Below, one piece after another: positions 22,510 through 32,540 of a DNA stretch of 35,195 bases. The stretch's first letter is position 1. Each line of letters starts with the position of its first letter. Both the position numbers and the translations under genes were made by a program. Below the pieces are notes generated by a model that was not told the DNA's origin, ran no database searches, and worked only from the letters and a program-made list of their open reading frames with translations. Origin of the DNA: Octopus bimaculoides (taxonomy: Eukaryota); contig NC_068991.1 in assembly GCF_001194135.2 (NCBI RefSeq), positions 45,397,774 through 45,432,968 of the forward strand, read 5' to 3'.

Positions 22510-23121
22510 CAGGGTGCAATGGGTAAATTGTTACTGTTTTATATTTTTAATTTTGCACAGGCACATTGCTTTTGATTTTGTCAACTACACAGTACAGAAG
22601 GGTCAGTTGAGCACCAACTCTGAGAAAAACAGCACCATGACACAGTTCACTCTGCCAGAAATTTGGACACAACATGCTATACTGATTGGCATTGATGCTG
22701 GAAGTTCCAATATGAACATTTCAAAATATTTGGGTGTCAATCTGAGGACATGCACCAAGAGTAATAAAATCAAACATCTAGTCAACATCATGGTGTTTGG
22801 AGTGATCACTAGTGATGGTGATGTTATACCTCCATTCATCTTCCCACACGACCTCTGACTTAACAGGGAGGCCTACATCAAGTGCCTGGAGGAGATAGTG
22901 CTGCCTTGGGTCAAGAGGGTGGCTGCTGGAAGACCCCAATGTCTGGCAACTGGACTCTGCACCATGCCACACAAGCAGGAGAACCCAGTCATGACTGTCA
23001 GACAATTTCTGCGACCACATCACCCCTAACATCTGGCCACCTAACTCCCCAGACTTCAACCTCCATAATTATTATGTGTGGGGCGCAGTTGAGTGAGAGA
23101 CCAATAAAACCCTTTGCAACA
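22510..23121 (+). mobile_element. Internally deleted DD37D (maT-like) Tc1/mariner copy running into an N gap
   Basis: TA|CAGGGTGC terminus. MTQFTLPEIWTQHA...GVNLRT is joined directly to KIKHLVNIMVFGVITSDGDV...WQLDSAPCH...WPPNSPDFNLHNYYVW, with 37 residues between D2 and the (mutated) D3. Confidence 0.85.
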
Positions 23122-24818
23122 NNNNNNNNNNNNNNNNNNNNNNNNNNNNNNNNNNNNNNNNNNNNNNNNNNNNNNNNNNNNNNNNNNNNNNNNNNNNNNN
23201 NNNNNNNNNNNNNNNNNNNNNNNNNNNNNNNNNNNNNNNNNNNNNNNNNNNNNNNNNNNNNNNNNNNNNNNNNNNNNNNNNNNNNNNNNNNNNNNNNNNN
23301 NNNNNNNNNNNNNNNNNNNNNNNNNNNNNNNNNNNNNNNNNNNNNNNNNNNNNNNNNNNNNNNNNNNNNNNNNNNNNNNNNNNNNNNNNNNNNNNNNNNN
23401 NNNNNNNNNNNNNNNNNNNNNNNNNNNNNNNNNNNNNNNNNNNNNNNNNNNNNNNNNNNNNNNNNNNNNNNNNNNNNNNNNNNNNNNNNNNNNNNNNNNN
23501 NNNNNNNNNNNNNNNNNNNNNNNNNNNNNNNNNNNNNNNNNNNNNNNNNNNNNNNNNNNNNNNNNNNNNNNNNNNNNNNNNNNNNNNNNNNNNNNNNNNN
23601 NNNNNNNNNNNNNNNNNNNNNNNNNNNNNNNNNNNNNNNNNNNNNNNNNNNNNNNNNNNNNNNNNNNNNNNNNNNNNNNNNNNNNNNNNNNNNNNNNNNN
23701 NNNNNNNNNNNNNNNNNNNNNNNNNNNNNNNNNNNNNNNNNNNNNNNNNNNNNNNNNNNNNNNNNNNNNNNNNNNNNNNNNNNNNNNNNNNNNNNNNNNN
23801 NNNNNNNNNNNNNNNNNNNNNNNNNNNNNNNNNNNNNNNNNNNNNNNNNNNNNNNNNNNNNNNNNNNNNNNNNNNNNNNNNNNNATATATATATATATTT
23901 ATAAACATAATTAAGGGATCAGCAAACATTTGCTTCACCACATACTGAAGTTCAGAAATAGCAGCTAATACCGAAGGGCTTGGTAAAAATTATTAATTGT
24001 TGATTTATTAATAAATTGATAAACCTTTACCCTTTTAATTATATATATATATATACCTATATATTTTTTATTTATGGGTTAAGGCTACCATTGGTTTTAT
24101 GTTCAGAGAAGTCCCTCAGCAATCGTCAAACCTGTCACATGGAACATCTGTGTTCTTCTCTATTTTGGATTAATCCAATGGTAGCCTTAACCCATAAACA
24201 AATAATTTTTATCCACCATTGTTCAATATTAACATGTGTATATATGTGTGTATGTTTGTGTGTTTTTGGCTGTAAAGTTAGGTAATTGATTCAAGGAGTG
24301 ATGGTTTCATGCATTGCTCTCATATATGCATGTGTGAAACTTGGTACAAAGTCTTTGATGCAGTCTATTAAGTCTCCTCCCACATATCCAACTGATTCAA
24401 AGCTATTTCATACACGCATGGGTTGGACTGGTTTTCTTCAGTACATCATCTCATCACTTATGATCCCTTTGCAATTTCCTTTGTGAGTTTCTGCCTCTTG
24501 AAATCAACTTTTCTCCACTTACGTCTTTTTTGTTTTTCCTATTCTACAGATTCCTTTCACTTGAATCTCTTGACCCTATTTTCATGCAACTCTCATCCTT
24601 TATGCGTATTACATATCTTTCAAACTACAGCCAATTTCTTTCTTATTCTGTTTCTTTCTTAGCTTCTTTGTACTCCTCTCTTCAAGTTTACTGTCATGAT
24701 GCATTCATTGGAGCATAGTTCTCTATTTACTTTCCAGCTTTCACACATCCTCTACACTTATTGCTCATATTTCACTGCAGTAGTGTATTTACTTTTCTTT
24801 TTTTTTAATTTTTTACAG

Positions 24819-24924
24819 CTCATTCTGGGCACTGATATGGAAATGTCCAAGGAAGAAAACAGTGAAAAGGATTCTGGTATTGAAGAAGTTTCACCACAAC
24901 ACAAAACACTATCATTTACTGAAG
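24819..24924 (+). CDS. Coding exon 2 (LILGTDMEMSKEENSEKDSGIEEVSPQHKTLSFTE), Claspin-like
   Basis: Long polypyrimidine tract ...TTTTACAG| acceptor, 106 nt open, GAAG|GTACAT donor, phase 0 to 1. Confidence 0.8.
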
Positions 24925-24959
24925 GTACATTAAATTATTATTGTTATAAGTTAGGGGAA

Positions 24960-25170
24960 AAGGCATTAAGCTAGCTGAATTGTTAAACCATTAGAAGAAA
25001 TACCTTGCAGTATTTCTTCCTCCTCAGAGTTCATTCTGAGTTCAAATCCCACCAAAGCACATTTTACCTTTTATCCTAAAGTCAGAAGCAAAACAGAAAT
25101 TCCCAGTCAAATACTTGGTGTTGGGGTGAGTGGGGGCAATAATTTCGGCTAAACCCTTCCCTCAAAATTG
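24960..25170 (+). mobile_element. Degenerate SINE family B
   Basis: 'aagctagctgaattgtta...ttctGAGTTCAAATcccacc...ttttatcc'. Confidence 0.55.
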
Positions 25171-25439
25171 TGGTCAGTGATCAAATTTGATAGAGTTGTG
25201 GGGAATCTATTCAGTGGTATTTGTAATGTAGGAGACTAGAGGATCATATTATTAACTCCACTCCAGTGTTTCTCAAAGTGGGTGGGGTCTATGAAGATTG
25301 AAAAGTGGGAGTGGACAGATACCCAGGCTTAATAAAGTTATCATACACTGAGTTTTAACCCTAGCTATGCATTATTTTGTTGCTTTGAGATTTCAATGAT
25401 GTAATTGTTTATTTTTAGAATGATATTGTTGGGTAGTCA

Positions 25440-25905
25440 GACCCTGTAGCAAATTCAATAAATGAATTTAGATATGACTTGGAAGAAAGAGTCACCTCGA
25501 GGCATATTACCAAAGATTTGAACAAATTTTTGAAAAAGAATGCCAAAACTGGATGGATGAGATGAAAACTGGTGACACTAGAGCATTAAAATACTGTAAC
25601 TTTATATTGTCTAAAAAAAAGTTTTTGACACAAATTTCATGGACACAATTGATATTTTATGTAGGATGTTGAGAAAAAAAACATTGTTGTTCAACACAAG
25701 TTGGAAGTGTTTGAACACTGAGAAAAACAATGACGAAGATTTTGCCACATATGCAGGTAGAGTGAAGAGAGAGTGTGAGAGATTTAAACTGGATAAACTA
25801 ACCCCAGACTCGTTCAAGTGCCTGATTTTTGCTCAGGGATTTACTGCTAAAAAGGATGCGGAAGTCAGGACAAAAATTCTCACAAAGTTTACATCGCTAG
25901 ACCAT
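25440..25905 (+). mobile_element. Gypsy/Ty3 LTR-retrotransposon gag remnant
   Basis: NSINEFRYDLEE...LLFNTSWKCLNTEKNNDEDFATYAGRVKRECERFKLDKLTPDSFKCLIFAQGFTAKKDAEVRTKIL resembles gag of invertebrate Gypsy (K02A2.6-like) elements. Frameshifted; no LTR or pol recognised. Confidence 0.7.
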
Positions 25906-26118
25906 TGAAAACTCATAATCTGGCACTTTCAGTGCTAGAGGTGGCAGGGATTTATCTCCCTGCTAGTTATATAAACAAGAGTACATTTTGCACCAAAAAG
26001 CCAATGTGAGAGCTTCTCTCATGGAAACTGTTGCAGTATAGTTTGTTCTAAGAGAGCATCCATGTTTAAGTGGGGATAAATATTACCCCTCAGTATTGAA
26101 ACTGTCTTTGTTGCTAAT

Positions 26119-26614
26119 ATCATCATCATCATCATCATCATCGTTTAACGTCCGCTTTCCATGCTAGCATGGGTTGGACGATTTGACTGAGGACTGGTGA
26201 AACCGGATGGCAAGACCAGGCTCCAATCTAATTTGGCAGAGTTTCTACAGCTGGATGCCCTTCCTAACGCCAACCACTCAGAGAGTGTAGTGGGTGCTTT
26301 TACGTGTCACCCGCACGAAAACGGCCACGCTCGAAATGGTGTCTTTTATGTGCCACCCACACAAGCCAGTTCAGGGGCACTGGCAACGATCTCACTCGAA
26401 AATCCTACGGGAGCCAGTCAGGCGGTACTGGCAACGGCCACGCTCAAAATGGTGCATCTCATGTACCACCCGCACAAGAGCCAGTCCAGGGGCACTGGCA
26501 ACGGCCACGCTCAAAATGGTGCATCTGATGTGCCACCCGCACAAGAGCCAGTCCAGGGGCACTGGCAACGATCTTACTTGGCTTGCCGGGTCTTCTCACG
26601 CACAGCACATTTCC
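26119..26614 (-). mobile_element. RTE LINE 3' end: last codons, 3'UTR and (GAT)n tail
   Basis: Minus-strand WKCAVREKTRQAK* followed by a 3'UTR with about 67-bp subrepeats, ending 'gcatggaaagcggacgttaaac(gat)n'. Confidence 0.85.
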
Positions 26615-27289
26615 ATATATATATATATTTATTTATACACACACACACATATCTTAAACAGGCTAACTGGCTAATTGCAACACCAATGCCTGTTCTGGTA
26701 CTGTCAATCTCTATATCGCTGGCAAGGAGGTGAGTCACTGCTGTCTCTAGTGGTTGATGTCTGTCATTAACAACACCAAACAAGGTCAAATGGATGTGAT
26801 CTGGTGGCCTTGGAGCTGGGTGTAGTGGGGGTTCATCTACCTGCAAGTGATAGAAACAAGAGTGCATTTTGCACCAAAAGCCAATATGAGTTTCTCTCAT
26901 GGTAGCTACTGCAGTATAGTGTGTTCCAACAGAACATCCACATTTATGCAGGCATAAATATTACCTTGCAGGATTTGTTCCATCCCTTTGTGTTCTGCAG
27001 TCATCTTTACCTTACACCTTTCAAGATTCATAGAATAAAATACTTGTTAAATATGGATTTTTTCCTTCACTTACAATTTTAGACCTTGTGTCTATAATAG
27101 AAATTATTATTATTATCATAATTTCATGATGCGGTCAAGATGGTGGATGACAGAATTTGTAGAGAACAGGACAAAACATTTTAAGGTTTCTTTTACATAT
27201 ATTCTGAATTCAAATCCAGCCAAAGTCATCTCTATATTTTCTCCTCCTGGTGTTGATTTACTAATTTTCCCCTCATCCAAAATGTTGCA

Positions 27290-27632
27290 TCTTATGTCAT
27301 CATCATTTAACATCTGTTTTCCATGGGTTAGATAGTTTCATTGGGATTGGTAAGCTCGAGAGCTGCATCAGGGTCCAGTCATCTGTGTTGGCTTGGTTTC
27401 TACTGCTGGATGCCCTCCCTAACGCCAACCACTCTACAGAGTGTAGTGGGTGCTTTTTACATGTCACCGGCATTGATATTGATCATGATTCACTCAGCTT
27501 GACGTGTCTTCTCAAGCACAGCAAATCACCAGAAATCTCGGTCACTTGTCATTACTTCAACAACTGAAGATCATATTTCACCACCTTCTTCCACGTCTTC
27601 CTGGATCTATTGCTTCCACAGGTTCCCTCCAC
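27290..27632 (-). mobile_element. Older RTE LINE 3' end
   Basis: Minus-strand VEGTCGSNRSRKTWKKVVKYDL, plus the 'ctggatgccctccctaacgccaaccac' block and a (GAT)n tail. Confidence 0.75.
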
Positions 27633-27910
27633 AATTAGAGATCAGCACAGTCTTAGAAATTTTATTATGTGCAAAGTAATGGCTTGCTTGGCAGAGCATC
27701 AGACAAAATACCTGGTGACAGTTATGTTCTGAGTTCAAATCCTGCTGAAGTTGATAAAATGAACACCATTGGGGATTGATTAAGTCAACTGTGCCTTTCC
27801 CCAATATATTTGCATTAGAAATCTTCATTGTACAACCAATCTTATTAGTTGCATTCAGTGATTGGTCAAGGCATGTCCAAATAAACATTCTACATTTCTT
27901 TTGTTTGTAG

Positions 27911-27960
27911 AGAGCGACAGTGAAGACGATGACTTCTGTGCCAAGTTTTCTCGGAAACAG
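27911..27960 (+). CDS. Coding exon 3 (ESDSEDDDFCAKFSRKQ), Claspin-like
   Basis: TTTCTTTTGTTTGTAG| acceptor, 50 nt, CAG|GTAAAT donor, phase 1 to 0, in frame with exon 2. Confidence 0.8.
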
Positions 27961-27989
27961 GTAAATATTTAAAAAAAATTTTATTTATG

Positions 27990-28285
27990 GTTCCAGATTC
28001 AGTCACATTGTGGCACCTTTGGCACCCCAGACCAACCAAAGCCTTGTGAGTGGATTTGATAGATGGAAACTAAAAGAAGCATGGTTTTGTGTATCTGTAT
28101 GTGTCCTTGTGTTTGTTCCCTACCTTCCACTGCTTGACCACTTGTGTTGGCTTGTTTATGTCCCTGTAACTTAGCGGTTCAGCGAGAGGGACTGATAGAG
28201 TAAGTACCTGTATTTTAAAGGAAATAATATGTACTGGGGTTGATTTGTTCAACTGAAGCTTTCAAGACAGTGCCCCAGCATAGTA
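27990..28285 (+). mobile_element. Degenerate SINE family A
   Basis: 'ccaaagccttgtgagtggatttg...gtccctgtaacttagcggttc'. Confidence 0.7.
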
Positions 28286-28367
28286 TAACCTTTACACTGT
28301 GCTTGAAGTAATTACAAATCATTAAATATGCAAGATGTATTTATTGGTGTAGGAGATCTTCATACAC

Positions 28368-28641
28368 CATCATCATCATCATCGTTTAACGTCCGCTTTC
28401 CATGCTAGCATGGGTTGGACGATTTGACTGAGGACTGGTGAAACCAGATGGCTACACCAGGCTCCAATCTGATTTGGCAGAGTTTCTACAGCTGGATGCC
28501 CTTCCTAACGCCAATCACTCTGAGAGTGTAGTGGGTGCTTTTACGTGCCACCGGCACGAAGGCCAGTCAGGCGGTACTGGCAATGGCCACGCTCAAAATG
28601 GTGTATTTTACGTGCCACCTGCACAGGAGCCAGTTCGGCGG
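28368..28641 (-). mobile_element. RTE LINE 3'UTR fragment (young)
   Basis: Near-identical to 26119-26340 and to the reverse complement of 29668-29924. Confidence 0.85.
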
Positions 28642-29123
28642 CCATTAAATATTATTTAGAGGAAAATAAGATTCAGACACTGTCCACATGAAAAGACCTC
28701 AACTAATATTTTCCTCCTCACAATGCTGACACCAACTTAACTATTTCTTTCTTTTGCAGATAACATCTCTGAATTTTTGAATCTCTAAACATATTGTGGT
28801 CTTTTTTTTTTTCTTTTGTATTTTGTTTAGCTCTGGATAAGATCCGGTCAGTGTTACTCCAGCCATGACCATCTCATGTTTTCTTTTCTCTTTAGACACA
28901 GTTTCTAAGACTACAGTATCTAATATGCCAATGTGTCCTTCCTCACTGTTATCTGAATGAGATTTAGCTGATATTTCTAGCAGATAGGATCACCCATAAG
29001 AAGCCCCTTTTGTTCATAAAGACTAATCACACACTGACATTGATTCAGTTGGCTATGTTCTTTCTCTACCAATTTGTGGCCAACGTGCAAAATCATTTTT
29101 ATAATTTTTATTTTTACACTTAG

Positions 29124-29271
29124 ACTGCTGTTATTAATGATGATGATAGTGATGATGATGACAATGCTGGTGATGGTGATGACAATGCTGCTGTTACTGA
29201 CAATGACGACAATCATAGAAATGCTGTTAGTGAGCCTGTTCGAAACTTACTTCTGCCAGATATTGAATATG
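29124..29271 (+). CDS. Coding exon 4 (TAVINDDDSDDDDNAGDGDDNAAVTDNDDNHRNAVSEPVRNLLLPDIEY), Claspin-like
   Basis: TTTTTATTTTTACACTTAG| acceptor, 148 nt (49 codons + 1) open, TATG|GTAAAT donor. Phase 0 to 1 exactly bridges exons 3 and 5. Confidence 0.8.
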
Positions 29272-29589
29272 GTAAATATATCTTTGCTCTTTTCTGACTC
29301 TCATTTTCTTTCTCACTTTCTCTCTGTTCCCTCTTTCTGCCTTCATTCTTATCATCATTGTTTAATGTCCATTTTCCATGGCATAGGTTGGACAGTTTGG
29401 CAGGAACTGGCCAGTCAGGGAGCTGTCCAGACTGCAATTGTCTGTTGTGGCATGGCTTCTACAGCTGGATGCCTTTCTTAATGCCAATCCCTTCCAATGT
29501 GTTGCAGATGATTGTAAATTCCAGGGTGGCAGCACTAATCAGTGATGTGTATAAATGCAAGATTATTACCAGTTCAAATATACTCCAGG

Positions 29590-29924
29590 CACCTGTGCCC
29601 AGTGTCGCCTTTCTGGCACTTGTGCCCGTGGCATGTGTAAGGACTTTCGACCGAGATCGTTGCCAGTGCCGCTGGACTGGTTCCTGTGCATGTGGCACGT
29701 AAAATACACCATTTTGAGCGTGGCCGTTGCCAGTACCGCCTGACTGGCCTTCGTGCCGGTGGCACGTAAAAGCACCCACTACACTCTTTGAGTGGTTGGC
29801 GTTAGGAAGGGCATCCAGCTGTAGAAACTCTGCCAAATCAGATTGGAGCCTGGTGTAACCATCTGGTTTCACCAGTCCTCAGTCAAATCGAATGGAAAGC
29901 GGACGTTAAATGATGATGATGATG
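29590..29924 (+). mobile_element. RTE LINE 3'UTR fragment (young), plus orientation
   Basis: Ends 'gaaagcggacgttaaatgatgatgatgatg'. It is the reverse complement of 28368-28641. Confidence 0.85.
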
Positions 29925-30033
29925 AAGGTGGTGAGCTGGCACAATTGTTAGCATGCTGAATAAAATGCTTAGCAGAATTTCATCCATCTTTATGTTCTGA
30001 GCTTAAATGCCTCCCATCCTTTTGGGGTCTCAC

Positions 30034-30433
30034 TTTACTTTTTTACTTGTTTCAGTCATTTGACTGTGGCCATGCTGGAGCACCGCCTTTAGTCGAGCAA
30101 ATCAACCCCAGGACTTATTCTTTAGAAGCCTAGTGCTTATTCTATCGGTCTCTTTTGCCGAAATGCTAAGTTACAAGAACGTAAACATACCAGCATCGGT
30201 TGTCAAGCAATGTTGGGGGGACAAACACAGACACAAACATATACACACACACATATGTATACATATATACGACGGGCTTCTTTCAGTTTCCGTATACCAA
30301 ATCCATTCACAAGGCTTTGGTCGGCCCGAGGCTACAGTAGAAGACACTTGTCCAAGGTGCCACGCAGTGCGAATGAACCCGGAGCCATGTGGTTGCTAAG
30401 CAAGCTACTTACCACACAGCCACTCCTGCACCT
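30034..30433 (-). mobile_element. SINE family A, full length
   Basis: Complete head, central microsatellite and 3' block in reverse complement. Confidence 0.9.
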
Positions 30434-31073
30434 CCTGGGTCAATAAAATAAAATACCAGATGGCCACTAGNNNNNNNNNNNNNNNNNNNNNNNNNNNNNN
30501 NNNNNNNNNNNNNNNNNNNNNNNNNNNNNNNNNNNNNNNNNNNNNNNNNNNNNNNNNNNNNNNNNNNNNNNNNNNNNNNNNNNNNNNNNNNNNNNNNNNN
30601 NNNNNNNNNNNNNNNNNNNNNNNNNNNNNNNNNNNNNNNNNNNNNNNNNNNNNNNNNNNNNNNNNNNNNNNNNNNNNNNNNNNNNNNNNNNNNNNNNNNN
30701 NNNNNNNNNNNNNNNNNNNNNNNNNNNNNNNNNNNNNNNNNNNNNNNNNNNNNNNNNNNNNNNNNNNNNNNNNNNNNNNNNNNNNNNNNNNNNNNNNNNN
30801 NNNNNNNNNNNNNNNNNNNNNNNNNNNNNNNNNNNNNNNNNNNNNNNNNNNNNNNNNNNNNCCGATGCTAGTGTGTTTACGTCCTCGTAACTTAGCGGTT
30901 CAGCAAAAGAGACCAATAGAATGTGAGATGGACTTTCGTGGTTGAGGAAATAAGTACCAGTCGAACACTGGGGGCTAATTAAATAAAGCAACTCCCTTCC
31001 CCAAAATTGCAGGCCTTGTTCCTGTTACAGAAAGGATTATTATTATTATTTCTTCCATTTTTTTCTCTCACAG

Positions 31074-31174
31074 GTTCCCTTGAGATATTGGAGAATGAAA
31101 ACCACATTAACAGTGATGATGATGATGATGACGATGACGACGACAAGAAATTTAATATCATCAAACGGAAAAAG
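31074..31174 (+). CDS. Coding exon 5 (GSLEILENENHINSD10KKFNIIKRKK), Claspin-like
   Basis: TTTTTTTCTCTCACAG| acceptor, 101 nt, AAG|GTCAGA donor, phase 1 to 0. Confidence 0.8.
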
Positions 31175-31427
31175 GTCAGAGAGCTTGTATGACTTGTCTT
31201 CTTACATAGGCACAAAGCCACCTGTTTTTAAGGGAGAAAGATTTACTGTTGTTTAAGCTGATATCCTCAGCGAATATCTGCATTTATTTCATTGAGAGTG
31301 GATAGGCAAAGTTTGTACAATCAGTGTTAAGGGTCCATATGAGATTTTGCTATTAAAATTTATCTGCAATAAACTGGTTATGCTTCTATAATGCATGAAA
31401 TATTTTAATTTTTTTTATTCAATTCAT

Positions 31428-31589
31428 AGGTGTAGGTGTGGCTGTGTGATAAGAAGCTTGCTTCCCAACCACATGGTTCTGGGTTCAGTCCCACTGCATG
31501 GCACCTTTGGCAAGTGTCTTCTTTTATTGCCTTGGACTGACCAAAGCCTTGTGAATGGATTTGGTAAACAGAAACTGAATGAAACCTGT

Positions 31590-31623
<34 letters not shown>

Positions 31624-32279
31624 GATACATATGTGTGTATTTGTGTCTGACCCTTGCCACAAACCGGTGTTGGTGTGTTTATGTCCCTGTCACTTAGTGG
31701 TTTGACATAAGAAGCTTGCTTCCCAACCACATGGTTCCGGGTTCAGTCCCANNNNNNNNNNNNNNNNNNNNNNNNNNNNNNNNNNNNNNNNNNNNNNNNN
31801 NNNNNNNNNNNNNNNNNNNNNNNNNNNNNNNNNNNNNNNNNNNNNNNNNNNNNNNNNNNNNNNNNNNNNNNNNNNNNNNNNNNNNNNNNNNNNNNNNNNN
31901 NNNNNNNNNNNNNNNNNNNNNNNNNNNNNNNNNNNNNNNNNNNNNNNNNNNNNNNNNNNNNNNNNNNNNNNNNNNNNNNNNNNNNNNNNNNNNNNNNNNN
32001 NNNNNNNNNNNNNNNNNNNNNNNNNNNNNNNNNNNNNNNNNNNNNNNNNNNNNNNNNNNNNNNNNNNNNNNNNNNNNNNNNNNNNNNNNNNNNNNNNNNN
32101 NNNNNNNNNNNNNNNNNNNNNNNNNNNNNNNNNNNNNNNNNNNNNNNNNNNNNNNNNNNNNNNNNNNNNNNNNNNNNNNNNNNNNNNNNNNNNNNNNNNN
32201 NNNNNNNNNNNNNNNNNNNNNNNNNNNNNNNNNNNNNNNNNNNNNNNNNNNNNNNNNNNNNNNNNNNNNNNNNNNNNNN

Positions 32280-32332
<53 letters not shown>

Positions 32333-32540
32333 ATATGTTTGTGTCTGTGTTTATCCCCCCAACGCACCGATGCTGGTGTGTTTACGTCCCTGTAACTTAG
32401 CGGTTTGGCATAAGAGATCGATAGAATAAGTACTAGGCTTCGAAAGAATAAGTCCTGGGATCGATTTGCTCGACTAAAAGGCGGTGCTCCAGCATGGCCG
32501 CAGTCAAAATGACTGAAACAAGTAAAAGAGTAAAAGAGTT
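31428..32540 (+). mobile_element. Two SINE-A copies: 31428-31705, and a second head at about 31706 whose 3' part reappears after the N gap and ends at 32540
   Basis: Head 'taagaagcttgcttcccaaccacatggttc' at about 31450 and again at about 31709. 3' end 'gactgaaacaagtaaaagagtaaaagag' at 32511-32538. Confidence 0.8.

Noticed and set aside
28831-28846. 16-nt phase 0-to-1 micro-exon (LWIRS) as the link between exons 3 and 5
   Set aside because: It overlaps a repeat remnant ('agccatga(c/t)catc', also near 21553), and the 148-nt exon at 29124-29271 fits better in composition and splice signals.
26197-29872. Repeated 'MKPDG..RLQS.LAEFLQLDALPNANHS' ORFs as a gene family
   Set aside because: They are antisense readings of the RTE LINE 3'UTR copies.
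5892-32429. All long ORFs containing X runs
   Set aside because: They are open only because N gaps translate as X.
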